A DNA stretch of 64,000 nucleotides, from contig CAVOGR010000001.1 in assembly GCA_963695555.1 (NCBI GenBank), positions 128,001-192,000 on the forward strand, read 5' to 3'. Source of the DNA: an uncultured Gemmatimonadales bacterium. GTDB lineage: Bacteria; Gemmatimonadota; Gemmatimonadetes; Gemmatimonadales; GWC2-71-9. This document shows, piece after piece, positions 20,151 through 30,492 of this stretch. The position numbers were made by a program, and so were the translations under genes. Position 1 is the first letter of the stretch. Every line of letters starts with the position of its first letter. The notes below the pieces were generated by a model. The model saw only the letters and a list, made by a program, of their open reading frames with translations. It had not been told where the DNA came from and ran no database searches.

Positions 20151-21323
20151 ATGAGTAAGCTGCTCCACCCGGCCTCGCAAGTTCTCAATGGACGCTTTCG
20201 GACGCCCATTCGCCTGCTGCTGCTCCTGTTCCTGTTGTTCGTGTTCCTGGTCGGTGTCAAGGGCATGGGCGACGGCTTCAAGCTGCTGGGCAAGGATGTA
20301 CTGGAGAAGTTCTTCACCGCTACCGAGAACCCCTTTATGGGGCTCATCATCGGTATTCTGGCCACCTCGCTGGTGCAGAGCTCGTCGGTGACAACGTCGA
20401 TGATCGTTGGGCTGGTGGCGAGCCCTGAGAACCCACTGCCCATCGCCAATGCCGTCCCGATGATCATGGGGGCTAACATCGGGACCACCGTCACCAACAT
20501 GATCGTGTCGTTAGCCCACATGGGGCGGCGTGAGGAGTTTCGACGGGCATTTGCGGTGGCCACGGTGCATGATTTCTTCAACATCATGGCCGTCGCCATC
20601 CTGCTTCCGCTCGAGATGGCGACCGGGTATCTGCAGAGGACATCCGGCCTCTTCGTGTCGGCCGTGAGCGGCCTCACTGGTGCCCAGTATGAAAGCCCGA
20701 TCAAGGGCGCCATCGCCGAGGGCGTGCACCCCATCAAAGAGTTGGCGGCAGTCCTTTTCAGCTCTCAACAAGGGCAGGGAATTCTCCTGGCCCTCATCAG
20801 CGGCGGGCTGATATTCATTGCGCTGTTTGCCTTGGTACGCGTGATGCGCAGCGTAATGATGACACGGGTGGAAACCTACATCAATCGCTTTGTCGGCGGG
20901 CCGGCCTTGCTCGCCATCGCCGTGGGTGCGGTCGTAACGGTCATGGTACAGTCGAGTTCGATTACGACCTCACTCCTCGTGCCGCTGGCCGGCGCAGGGT
21001 TGTTGACGGCCCAGCAGGCATTCCCCCTCACGATCGGGGCGAATCTCGGGACGACGGTGACGGCTCTCCTCGCCTCCCTGGCGGTATCTGGTGTGAACGC
21101 CGAAGCTGGCATTCACATTGCGCTGGTGCATCTGCTCTTCAACCTGACCGGCGCAGGTATCATATTTCCGATTCGAAGGATTCGGCAAATCCCCGTGGCG
21201 GGGGCGGAATGGCTTGCCGGGTTCACGGCACGCTCGCGCCGCTGGGCGCTCGTCTATGTGTTCGGAGTGTTCTATGGTATCCCGGCACTGCTCGTCTTCC
21301 TGTACTCCCTGCTCCGTCGTTAG
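20151..21323 (+). CDS. Na+/Pi symporter (NptA/NaPi-II family)
   Basis: Duplicated QSSS..TS and GANIGTT/GANLGTT repeats. Confidence 0.93.
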   Translation: MSKLLHPASQVLNGRFRTPIRLLLLLFLLFVFLVGVKGMGDGFKLLGKDVLEKFFTATENPFMGLIIGILATSLVQSSSVTTSMIVGLVASPENPLPIANAVPMIMGANIGTTVTNMIVSLAHMGRREEFRRAFAVATVHDFFNIMAVAILLPLEMATGYLQRTSGLFVSAVSGLTGAQYESPIKGAIAEGVHPIKELAAVLFSSQQGQGILLALISGGLIFIALFALVRVMRSVMMTRVETYINRFVGGPALLAIAVGAVVTVMVQSSSITTSLLVPLAGAGLLTAQQAFPLTIGANLGTTVTALLASLAVSGVNAEAGIHIALVHLLFNLTGAGIIFPIRRIRQIPVAGAEWLAGFTARSRRWALVYVFGVFYGIPALLVFLYSLLRR

Positions 21324-21343
21324 CGACGGGATGAGGCTCGGCT

Positions 21344-22054
21344 ATGCTACGTGAGCTACTCAGCATTCTACGGTCCGAAAACCCGCTCGGCGCCATGGGC
21401 GAAGAGTTTCGCCAGATGCTCAATGTGACCTACCACATGACCATGCTCGCGGGGGAGTTCTATTTCGGGAAGAAGCCCACGCCCGAGGAACGCTCCCACA
21501 TCTACCATGAAGACCGTGAGGTCAATATGGCGGAGCGGCGGATCCGGAAGCTGGTGGTGTCGCATCTGTCGATTCCGAGCAACCGTGCGAGCGTGCCCTA
21601 CTGTCTCATCCTGATGAGCCTGGTCAAAGATGTCGAGCGCCTCGGTGACTATGCGAAAAATCTCTCTGAGGTGGTGGACATCTACCCGGAGCCACTGCCA
21701 GACGACGACAACGTGCGAGAGTTGCAGGAAATCCGGGTCGGCGTCGAGCGAGCATTCCAGGCGGCGTCGGAGGTATTCGAGAACTCAGATCGCGAGCAGG
21801 CTCTGGAGCTGATCCTCGCCGGCCGCGAGCTGGCACATCGGACCGACGCACTGCTGACTCGGGTGGCCCAAGGGCCGTACGATGCGGGCACGGCGACCGC
21901 GCTGGTGCTCGGCGCGCGGTACTACAAGCGCATTGGTGGGCACGTGCTCAACGTGCTGTCCAGCGTTGTGATGCCGGTGCACAAGGTGGACTACTACGAT
22001 GAAGATGAGGTGCCTGAAACCGTGACCCGCCAGGCACCCGAGCCCAAGCGCTAG
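21344..22054 (+). CDS. PhoU domain protein
   Basis: KDVERLGDYAKN and RYYKRIGGH PhoU repeats. Follows the Na/Pi symporter. Confidence 0.88.
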   Translation: MLRELLSILRSENPLGAMGEEFRQMLNVTYHMTMLAGEFYFGKKPTPEERSHIYHEDREVNMAERRIRKLVVSHLSIPSNRASVPYCLILMSLVKDVERLGDYAKNLSEVVDIYPEPLPDDDNVRELQEIRVGVERAFQAASEVFENSDREQALELILAGRELAHRTDALLTRVAQGPYDAGTATALVLGARYYKRIGGHVLNVLSSVVMPVHKVDYYDEDEVPETVTRQAPEPKR

Positions 22055-22422
22055 AAGGGCTTGAACACCGCCAAATAGGCTGCAACCAACCCCAGCAGTG
22101 GGAGCAGCAGGTAGAGCATTTTGGCCGATTGCGGCTTGCGATAGGGGAGAAAGAATATGCCCCCCGCCACCAGCCACACGACGATCTTGGCCACCGCCCA
22201 CCCCGGCAGCCCGCCCTGTACGAACCCCAGGCGCGCCAGCATTCCGAAGCCTGCCAGCAGGATCAGAAACAGGCCAAGGCCGTGCATCGCGGCCGCTGCC
22301 TTCCGGCCTCGATTCCCCTCCTTGGTCCCCCCATTCCACGCATGAAGGGTGACGCCGCCCAGGGCGACGAACAGGAGGAGTATGCCGAGGACGTGGAGTA
22401 TCTTGTAGAACTCGTATGACAT
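22051..22422 (-). CDS. Small four-TM hypothetical membrane protein
   Basis: Four hydrophobic segments with two His. GAGGG RBS. CTAG stop overlap with the PhoU gene. Confidence 0.75.
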   Translation of the reverse strand: MSYEFYKILHVLGILLLFVALGGVTLHAWNGGTKEGNRGRKAAAAMHGLGLFLILLAGFGMLARLGFVQGGLPGWAVAKIVVWLVAGGIFFLPYRKPQSAKMLYLLLPLLGLVAAYLAVFKPF

Positions 22423-22445
22423 GAGAGTCCCTCTCGTTGAGCGTG

Positions 22446-23711
22446 TTAGGGAACGGCCACGGCTCCGCCTGGAATCCGCAACATCACGCGAACCGAATCG
22501 AGACTCCCGTCGGTGGCCGCAGGAACGAGTCCGAGGATGTGGGCCATGAGGGCGTACAGATGGATGTTCTGGAAGGACGGGATCCGAGCACCGTCCTTGA
22601 AACTTGGTCCGTCCGCGACGAAGACGCCCTTCATCGACTCGAGCGCGTTGTCATAGCCGTGGTTTGCACCCGCAAACCATGCGGGGTTCTCCTCGAAGCG
22701 TGCCCGGGTCGTAATCGACCACCCTTCATCAGCGATGCCAATGATGGCCGGAATACGCGGATTCGTCCCATAGTGGAGCCGCAGCGGTATATCCTCTTTC
22801 CGATACACCTGGAGATGCGGATGGGCGTGGGCCAGCGTCCGATAGACGTCGTCGATGCGGTCGGGCGGTGGCGCGATCGCAATCACCGGGGACCAGTCCA
22901 CGACACGGACGGTTGCGAGGTCGACGTAGTCGTCGATCAGAATGACGGTCTCGGGAGAGGTGTCGGCCATGCCATGGTCGGTCGTGACAATCACGTCTAC
23001 CTTATCCCGAAGGCGGCGAGCTTCGAGTCCGGCGATCAAACGGGCAATCACCTGATCGACGCGCGCCAAACCGTCATTGACCTCGAGCGAGCGGGTGCCA
23101 TAGCGGTGGCCCGCTTCATCGATCGCACTGATGTAGAGGGTGAGGAAGGTGGGTCGCCGTTGGGGTGGGAGATCGAGCCATGCCAACACAGAGTCGACCC
23201 GCGCGGCGTCGGGAATATCACCATCATACGGCACCCAATAGGTCGGACGGGTACCCCGGATCTCGGCTTCGGAGCCCGGCCAAAACATCGGCGCCGTCGG
23301 TTGTCCCTGTTGTTCGGCCGTCACCCAGATCGGCTCGCCGCCCCACCAGCGTCCATCGGCCACCGCGTCCCGGATGCTCAACCCGAACCTGGCCTGGAGC
23401 ACCGGGTCCCACATGTTGTTGGCTACGATGCCGTGATGATCGGGATAGAGCCCGGTGACCATGGTGTAGTGGTTGGGGAACGTCTTCGTAGGGAAGGCGG
23501 GGACGATTCCCGGGGCACGAACGCCCGCTGCGGCGAGACGCCGCAGGTTCACCATGGCCGGCCGGTCGATGTAATCCCAGCGGAGACCGTCCACCGACAC
23601 CAAGATGACGGTGGGCCGGACAGACTCGGGCACGACCCGGCCGGGAGAGCAGGCGCTTGGGGCCAGCACCCCGATCGAAAACGCCACGGCGATGAACAGA
23701 CGACGGTTCAT
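22446..23711 (-). CDS. Ectonucleotide pyrophosphatase/phosphodiesterase (NPP) family lipoprotein
   Basis: SVDG, PTKTFPNH (Thr nucleophile), DEAGH, DHG and HGY motifs. Lipobox-like PSAC. Confidence 0.93.
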   Translation of the reverse strand: MNRRLFIAVAFSIGVLAPSACSPGRVVPESVRPTVILVSVDGLRWDYIDRPAMVNLRRLAAAGVRAPGIVPAFPTKTFPNHYTMVTGLYPDHHGIVANNMWDPVLQARFGLSIRDAVADGRWWGGEPIWVTAEQQGQPTAPMFWPGSEAEIRGTRPTYWVPYDGDIPDAARVDSVLAWLDLPPQRRPTFLTLYISAIDEAGHRYGTRSLEVNDGLARVDQVIARLIAGLEARRLRDKVDVIVTTDHGMADTSPETVILIDDYVDLATVRVVDWSPVIAIAPPPDRIDDVYRTLAHAHPHLQVYRKEDIPLRLHYGTNPRIPAIIGIADEGWSITTRARFEENPAWFAGANHGYDNALESMKGVFVADGPSFKDGARIPSFQNIHLYALMAHILGLVPAATDGSLDSVRVMLRIPGGAVAVP

Positions 23712-24005
23712 GAAGGGTTGACGGTTGAGGTGGTGGAGCCTCCTGCCCGGACTCCTGATTCCCGACGATAGTAACCAGTTTGCGTCTGGGCGCCATCCCT
23801 TTCGGCTGCGTCGCACCGCGAGAATGTTCGGACCAGGAGGCCCCCCGAGGCGATGTCCCGGGGAACTTCGGTATAAGCCACGACGTTCTTGCCAACTGAG
23901 ATCGTCGTTTGATGACTCCGGCTTCGGCCGGTAGGTTATGAGACCCGCCGTTCAGTCGAACCGGGCATGTCTGCTGCCCGGGACCCCTTTGTTTGAGGAA
24001 CGCGA

Positions 24006-26102
24006 GTGCGCCTTCGTCCGTGGATGATTCCCCTCGCTGCCGCCCTGGTCGTTGGCATGGTCGGGTGGTGGGCGCAAGCATCGACCGAACGGTCGCTCAA
24101 AAAGCAGCTGGCTACCCAGTTCGAGACCATTGTGGACGCCGATGTCGCGGCGCTCACCGTGTGGCTCGACGGTCAGGAGCGCGCGGTGCAGCAGTTCGCG
24201 GCCAGACCAGACTTCCGCCGGGCGGTCCTCGCCCTGGCCGATGCGGCGCACGAGCCATCGACCCCGCCTGATGTTCTGCGCGAGAGTGCCGAGCTCGCCA
24301 CCATCCGAGGCCTCGTGAACGAATCCCTCGAGCCTGGTCAACCGGCTGAGGGCTTCGTCATTCTCGATCGGGCAGGAAAGGTTCTCGGGGCCGACTTCGA
24401 CTACGTCATCGGACGAAGCCTCGCTGCAAAGGACGCCGACAGACTCGCCAAGGTGTTGGAGGGATCGGCCATTGTGCTGGGTCCGCTCCCGTTTCCGGTT
24501 CAGTCCAACGATGCCGCCGGCAGTTTCGATGCCCCTGCGTTATTCGTTGCGACTGCCGTGCACGACGGGGCAGGTCGGGGGCGTGCCGTATTCGCTCGCC
24601 GACTCGAGCCTGGCGCCGGCTTCTCACGGTCCCTTCAGGTTGCCCGCTTCGGCACGAGCGGCGAGACCTACGCCTTCAATGCCGAGGGCGTCGTGATTTC
24701 GGAGCTTCGCGGTGCCGCCGAGCTCCGGCGCCTTGGCTTACTCCCCAACGACCGGGGCACGCAGACCGCATTGTCTATCGCTCTGCGCGACCCGGGCGGG
24801 AATCTGCTGGAAGGTTTTGAGCCGGACGTTCCGCCCGCTGCGATGCCGCTGACCCGGATGGCGGCCGAAGCCATCTCTGGACGGAGTGGTGTCGACGTTG
24901 ACGGGTACCGCGATCTCCGCGGCGTTCCCGTGGTAGGCGCGTGGCGGTGGCTGCCAGCGCATGATTTGGGAGTTGCCGCCGAGGCCGATGCGAGCGAAGC
25001 CTTCAGCACACTCTTCGTGTTCCGCCGTGCATTCTGGAGCCTGGTCGGCTTGTTGGGATTGGCCGCTTTGGGCGGGCTGGTGTATTCGCTGTTATTTCGC
25101 AACCTTCGGCGTCGCGTTGCGCAAGCCGAGAAGCTGGGCCAGTACACGTTGGAGGAGAAACTCGGGGAGGGCGGGATGGGGACGGTGTATCGAGCCCGAC
25201 ACGCAATGCTTGCGCGTCCGACCGCCATCAAACTCCTCCGATCGGGTGAGACAACCCCGCAACTCCTGGCGCGGTTCGAGCGCGAGGTCCAGCTCACGAG
25301 CCAACTCACCAATCCCAACACGATTGCCATCTACGATTACGGGCGGACGCCGGATGGGGTGTTCTACTACGCCATGGAGTTTCTCGAAGGCGTTACGCTC
25401 GATACCCTCATCGAGATCGACGGCCCTCAGCCGTCGGGCCGGGTGGTCCACATCCTCCGCCAGATCGCCGGATCCTTGGCCGAGGCGCACGACATCGGGC
25501 TCATCCACCGCGACATCAAGCCCGCCAACATCATGATTCTGGCGCGCGGCGGGACGTACGATCTGGTCAAGGTGCTCGACTTCGGGCTCGTTCGGGAGGT
25601 GCACCAGTCCCGGGACGATATGCTCACGGCGGTGAATACCGTTCCGGGCACGCCGCACTTCATGGCGCCGGAATCTATCGAGTCTCCCGATGCCGTCGAT
25701 GCCAGGGCCGATATTTATGCCGTCGGCGCCGTGGCCTATTACCTGATCACGGGGACGCACCTGTTCGATGGCCAGAGCGTCATTCAGGTAATGACGCGTC
25801 ACGTGAACGACGCGCCGGAGTTGCCTTCCGTTCGGCTCGGCACGCCGATCGATCCAGGCCTGGAGCGGCTCATCCTCCGGATGTTGTCCAAGGACCCCGC
25901 CGCGCGGCCCGCCAACGGCCGCGAACTCCTCGCCGCGCTCTCGGACGGCACGGTGTCGCACGGTTCGATGTGGACCGAGCGGGATGCGAAGCTCTGGTGG
26001 GATACTCGCTCTGCGCCATGCCGGGACGCCGAATGCGCGGATGACGAGAGCTATGAGGGGGCGCTCGAGGTCGATCTCGAGTCCCGGGTATCGGTCGCCT
26101 GA
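24006..26102 (+). CDS. Hanks-type Ser/Thr kinase with N-terminal extracytoplasmic (Cache-like) sensor
   Basis: TM-periplasmic-TM, then GEGGMG, AIK, HRDIKPAN, DFG and APE. Confidence 0.93.
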   Translation: MRLRPWMIPLAAALVVGMVGWWAQASTERSLKKQLATQFETIVDADVAALTVWLDGQERAVQQFAARPDFRRAVLALADAAHEPSTPPDVLRESAELATIRGLVNESLEPGQPAEGFVILDRAGKVLGADFDYVIGRSLAAKDADRLAKVLEGSAIVLGPLPFPVQSNDAAGSFDAPALFVATAVHDGAGRGRAVFARRLEPGAGFSRSLQVARFGTSGETYAFNAEGVVISELRGAAELRRLGLLPNDRGTQTALSIALRDPGGNLLEGFEPDVPPAAMPLTRMAAEAISGRSGVDVDGYRDLRGVPVVGAWRWLPAHDLGVAAEADASEAFSTLFVFRRAFWSLVGLLGLAALGGLVYSLLFRNLRRRVAQAEKLGQYTLEEKLGEGGMGTVYRARHAMLARPTAIKLLRSGETTPQLLARFEREVQLTSQLTNPNTIAIYDYGRTPDGVFYYAMEFLEGVTLDTLIEIDGPQPSGRVVHILRQIAGSLAEAHDIGLIHRDIKPANIMILARGGTYDLVKVLDFGLVREVHQSRDDMLTAVNTVPGTPHFMAPESIESPDAVDARADIYAVGAVAYYLITGTHLFDGQSVIQVMTRHVNDAPELPSVRLGTPIDPGLERLILRMLSKDPAARPANGRELLAALSDGTVSHGSMWTERDAKLWWDTRSAPCRDAECADDESYEGALEVDLESRVSVA

Positions 26103-26354
26103 ACCGGTCGCAGGGTAGGTGACTCGCGGTCTCGAGCGGGTACCTGCATCGTCCACACTCCGAAAAGAGATCCGTGACGCCCAAGGTGGAGCGAGCGACG
26201 GGTCCGAAGATCCTCATCACGTAGGTCCCATTCCCCCGAACGGCTTGCTATCCAAAGGGATGCGCGTTATTTGGACAGTTGGATCACCCAAAGTGGGAAG
26301 TTCCCTGGAGTACGCGCGCTACCCTGCCGCGTCGTCGCCGTGGAGCGCTGACCT

Positions 26355-27791
26355 ATGAGTTTCCCCTTCCGGCCAAAGCAGCCCCTGAGCCCGGTCGACC
26401 GCTTCCTCAAGCTGTTCACCGACATTCGTGGTGGCGAGAGCACGACAGCGCTCCTGCTCATGCTGAACGTCTTTCTACTCCTGACCGCCTATTACCTGAT
26501 CAAGGTGGTGCGTGAGTCGCTCATTCTGGTCGGAGGTAGCGCCGAACTAAGCGGAGCCCAACTAAAAAGCTATACCTCAGCAGGCCAGGCCATTCTCCTG
26601 CTCGGCGCGGTGCCGCTATATGGCATCCTGGCCAATCGATTCCCGCGGAAACAACTGATCAACCTCGTCACGTTTTTCTTTGTCGCGTGCCTGGTCGTGT
26701 TCTCCTTCCTCGCACGTATCGATGCACCGATCGGCGTCCCGTTCTACCTCTGGGTCGGGATATTCAACCTCATGGTCATCGCCCAATTCTGGGCCTTCGC
26801 TAACGACGTGTATACCACCGATGAGGGGAAGCGGCTGTTTCCCATCGTGGGCTTCGGCGCCTCGAGCGGGGCTGTCCTCGGGAGTTGGGTTGCCGCGCCA
26901 GGGCGGCTCCCTGAGTCGATCGGGGTCTACCAACTACTTCTCCTGGCCGCCGGCTTGCTAATCGTCAGCGTCTTGGTAACGAACTATCTTGATGCCCGTG
27001 AGCATCGCCGGACAGAAAGCCACATCGAACGTCAGTACACCACCGCCGAGCTGCCGGCGGCCACGGGCGAGTTCCGCCTCGAGACCGGTGAATTCAAGAT
27101 CCCGACTGAAGAGAAACAGGAAACGGCAACAGGGGGCGCCTTCCAATTGGTGTTTCGGAGCCGCTACCTCCTTCTTATCGCCTTGCTCATGTTGCTTCTG
27201 AATTGGGTCAATACGACGGGCGAATACATCCTCGGGCGGACGGTTGAGGATGCCGCCACCCGCGCGGTCGCAGCAGGTACCACCGGCGGTCTCTCGGAAG
27301 GTGAGTTTATTCGAAGGTTCTACTCGAATTTCTTCACGGGCGTGAATCTGGCCGGGATGCTGGCGCAGCTGTTCCTGGTTTCCCGCATCATCAAGTATGC
27401 CGGCGTGCGCCTTGCCGTACTGGTACTTCCGGTCATCGCGTTCGGTGGCTATGCCATCCTGGCCTTCTTTCCCGTCCTTTCCGCCGTCCGATGGGCCAAG
27501 ACCGCGGAAAATGCCACCGACTACTCACTCCAGAACACCGTCCGCAACGTGTTGTTCCTCCCCACCACGCGTGAAGAGAAATACAAGGCCAAGCAGGCCA
27601 TCGACTCATTCTTTGTCCGCGCGGGCGATGTCTTGTCCGCCGTGCTCGTCTTCGTGGGGACGACGTACTTGGCCATGGCGGCCAGGCACTTTGCCATCGT
27701 CAACTTGGTGCTGGTGGGAATCTGGCTCGTCATTGCGGCCTTGATCGGCCGAGAATATGTACGGTTGGCCCGCGAGGCTCGAGCGGCTTAG
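26355..27791 (+). CDS. Npt1/Npt2 (NTT/TLC) family nucleotide transporter
   Basis: YYLIKVVRE, QFWAFAND, GKRLFP and EKYKAKQAID motifs. About 12 TM. Confidence 0.88.
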   Translation: MSFPFRPKQPLSPVDRFLKLFTDIRGGESTTALLLMLNVFLLLTAYYLIKVVRESLILVGGSAELSGAQLKSYTSAGQAILLLGAVPLYGILANRFPRKQLINLVTFFFVACLVVFSFLARIDAPIGVPFYLWVGIFNLMVIAQFWAFANDVYTTDEGKRLFPIVGFGASSGAVLGSWVAAPGRLPESIGVYQLLLLAAGLLIVSVLVTNYLDAREHRRTESHIERQYTTAELPAATGEFRLETGEFKIPTEEKQETATGGAFQLVFRSRYLLLIALLMLLLNWVNTTGEYILGRTVEDAATRAVAAGTTGGLSEGEFIRRFYSNFFTGVNLAGMLAQLFLVSRIIKYAGVRLAVLVLPVIAFGGYAILAFFPVLSAVRWAKTAENATDYSLQNTVRNVLFLPTTREEKYKAKQAIDSFFVRAGDVLSAVLVFVGTTYLAMAARHFAIVNLVLVGIWLVIAALIGREYVRLAREARAA

Positions 27792-30046
27792 TCGGAGGGC
27801 GTGTCGGGCCTCGGCTTTCCGGTAAGCCGCTTCAGTGATTCCAACTGAATCACGATGGAGTCTTGCGATTTGAGGAGGTCGGCGAGGACTTCTCGCGACT
27901 CGCGAATCGACGGCGCCGTGGGCCTGGTGTCTTCGATGAACGGTTGCAGCTTGGTCCAGATTGCCGTGGGAAGCGCCGTTTCGAGGTATTCCAGGGCGGT
28001 TCCGCGGAGAATCGCATCGGTGGTGTGAATCCCCTGGAACGCCACCTTGAGGGGCTGAGGCGGATAGATCAGGGACAACATGGTGAACACGTGCTCCAGG
28101 CTTCGGTCGGCCCGCTCGCGCAGCACTTCATCCAAGACTGGTGACCAGTCCTCGTCCTCCAAGTGATCGAGGATGCGCCTCCCCTCCCAAACCCCGTGAT
28201 CTACCTCCATCTCTCGGTCGACGGCGCCGAGGATGCGGTCACGATCGATGTGAATGGACCCATCCAGTGTCCGGATGCGAGAGAGCACCCGGCCGGCGCG
28301 GTAGCGAACCTCGAAGCGCTGGTCGGAGAGCGCTTGGATCAGACCTTCGGCCGCGCGTTGACTCGGACAGCTGCCCAGGACCACCGGAATGCGGCGTCGA
28401 ACCGCGAACGGCTGATCCGGGTCGAGCAGGGCATCCACCAACTGGCCGACTGCGCGGCCCGTTACCGATCGGAGCGCAACCATGGCCTCGCGGGCGACCG
28501 GATCCCAGGCAAGCAGTGGGATCACGAAGGCCACCTGAGTCGAGGTGAGTGGCTCCCCGCTCAGGGCTTGCCGGACGCGGCCGGCGTCGCGTGAGGTCAA
28601 CTCCAGAGCCCGGGCTAGTTCAGGCTCGAGGCCGGCGACCGCAAGCTGCGGTCGCTGGCTCTCCCGCTCCACGGCTTCCAAGGATGCGGGACCACCTTGC
28701 TCGGCGCTCAACGCCGCCCGGAACTGGGTGAGGTCGATGCCCCCCACCGTGTGGAGCATGGCGGTGCTTGTCATTTCGTCGACCTCGTTCGGGTCGAGCT
28801 GATCGGCCTGGGAGAGGAGGCTTCGCTCCAAGGTGCGCAGATACCCTCGCTGGAGATGGCGAGCGACCCAGAGCGCAACACCCGAGAGAACGACGCCAAG
28901 TACCAGGATGATGGTCCACGCCTGGCGGGACGCGGCGAGGAGAATCGCCTGGATGATGCCCCCGCCTGCCGCGTCCCCCAAGCGGACCACTCCGACATCG
29001 ATGACGGCCTTGGTGGCCCGCTTGTCGCCGGGCGCCACGGGGCCGAACAGAAGCTCGTAGGCCGATCGGAAGACGGAGTTGCGGGTGATCGACTCGGCGC
29101 CACGCGCCAAGAGCACACCTCCGAGCCCGGGAAAGAGGAGTGCCCCAGACCCGCCGATCACCACAGCCGCTGGGAGCGTGGCCACACTCCGCGCCAGGCC
29201 GATTTTCTCGAGAATGCCTCGTGTCGCGGTGGTCTGGACGATCATGGTGACGAGCGACGTCCCGGTGTAGAAGATCGCGAAGAAGCGAAGCAAGGCATGC
29301 TCGTCAAAGGCGGCACTTGCGCGCGCCTTGAACACAAAATCGATGAGACCCTCACTCAGGGTGCCGAGCACGACGAGCGCGACGATGGTCCTGAGGTATG
29401 GCGTCGCGGCCAGAATCCGTAGTGGCGACGTGGTGCCGCGGCTCGAGGGTGTGGTGTGCCGAGTCGATCCAACTCGCTCACGGTCGGGTATCCGGGCCAC
29501 GAGCGCGGCGCTCGCGAAATGCAGCAAGGCCAGGATCGGCAGCATGGCCCCGATCGTATACATGGCTGCGACCCGTTCGGCGAGAATACCGCCCAGCAAG
29601 GCTCCGATGGTGCCCCCGGCAGCGATACGGCCGACTTGCCGCTTGGCGGTGCGGGGGTCGAACCGCTCATTGACGATCGACCAGAAGCCCGACACGAGTA
29701 GCGCGCCCAGTCCCGTGAAATGCATGTAGAGTGCGACGGCGATGGGACGCCGCCATGTGCCTATCAGCGACCATTCCACCAGGAGCAGGATTCCGCTCAC
29801 CACGAAGGTACCGAGCACCAGTCGCGCCGGGCCCCACCGGGTCATGGCCCGCGATGCCAAGGCCGCAAGCCCCAGTGACAGGAAGGCCGCCGCGATAATC
29901 ATGGTGGGGAGTGCCGTGATGCTAAAACTCGAGAGGAATAGGGCGTCGCGCGTTGCCTTGCCCGCCATTTGGAAGGCAATCATCGTCGCGGACCCGAGCG
30001 TCGCGGCGAGGATGGCGGAGCGCGTATCGGCGGCGGATGGAGTCAA
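27788..30046 (-). CDS. NTT-family MFS transporter fused to C-terminal HEAT repeats
   Basis: KATRDALFL, FWSIVNERFDPRTAKR and KRATKAVID, then HEAT-like VRRRIP/VRYRAG repeats. AGGAG precedes the TTG. Confidence 0.82.
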   Translation of the reverse strand: MTPSAADTRSAILAATLGSATMIAFQMAGKATRDALFLSSFSITALPTMIIAAAFLSLGLAALASRAMTRWGPARLVLGTFVVSGILLLVEWSLIGTWRRPIAVALYMHFTGLGALLVSGFWSIVNERFDPRTAKRQVGRIAAGGTIGALLGGILAERVAAMYTIGAMLPILALLHFASAALVARIPDRERVGSTRHTTPSSRGTTSPLRILAATPYLRTIVALVVLGTLSEGLIDFVFKARASAAFDEHALLRFFAIFYTGTSLVTMIVQTTATRGILEKIGLARSVATLPAAVVIGGSGALLFPGLGGVLLARGAESITRNSVFRSAYELLFGPVAPGDKRATKAVIDVGVVRLGDAAGGGIIQAILLAASRQAWTIILVLGVVLSGVALWVARHLQRGYLRTLERSLLSQADQLDPNEVDEMTSTAMLHTVGGIDLTQFRAALSAEQGGPASLEAVERESQRPQLAVAGLEPELARALELTSRDAGRVRQALSGEPLTSTQVAFVIPLLAWDPVAREAMVALRSVTGRAVGQLVDALLDPDQPFAVRRRIPVVLGSCPSQRAAEGLIQALSDQRFEVRYRAGRVLSRIRTLDGSIHIDRDRILGAVDREMEVDHGVWEGRRILDHLEDEDWSPVLDEVLRERADRSLEHVFTMLSLIYPPQPLKVAFQGIHTTDAILRGTALEYLETALPTAIWTKLQPFIEDTRPTAPSIRESREVLADLLKSQDSIVIQLESLKRLTGKPRPDTPSD

Positions 30047-30492
30047 GAATTCTCCTGGTAACGGCCGTGGGGACCGATTGCTCGGATATCCCTACGCGTC
30101 GGGGGGACACGCCTGCTCGCCGGGATCGGCGTTCGACCCTGGATCGCGCCCTCGAGAGCCCGACCAGAAGTTACTGTGCGTCCTGGACCTGTCCAATTGT
30201 GGACGGGTCGCCTTGGCGCGTTCCAGCGGATGGGATAGCTTCTATGTTGTTCCCGCGAACCCTTCAACCCAACGTAACTCATGACGAGCGCCCGTCGACA
30301 GCGAGCCCCTGAGGGACGCGTCCTCCATAAGCCGTTCCCGGAGTGTTCGATCACCGAACCTCACCAGCCATCGATCTGTGGGCTGGTGAAGGCTCGAAGC
30401 CGGAGTTCCTCCCGAGCCGCGGCCCACGCGGAGTCTCGGGAGCACGCATCCAGCGGGCGCGATGCACCCGGCGGAGCGCAGCAGGGACCGTA

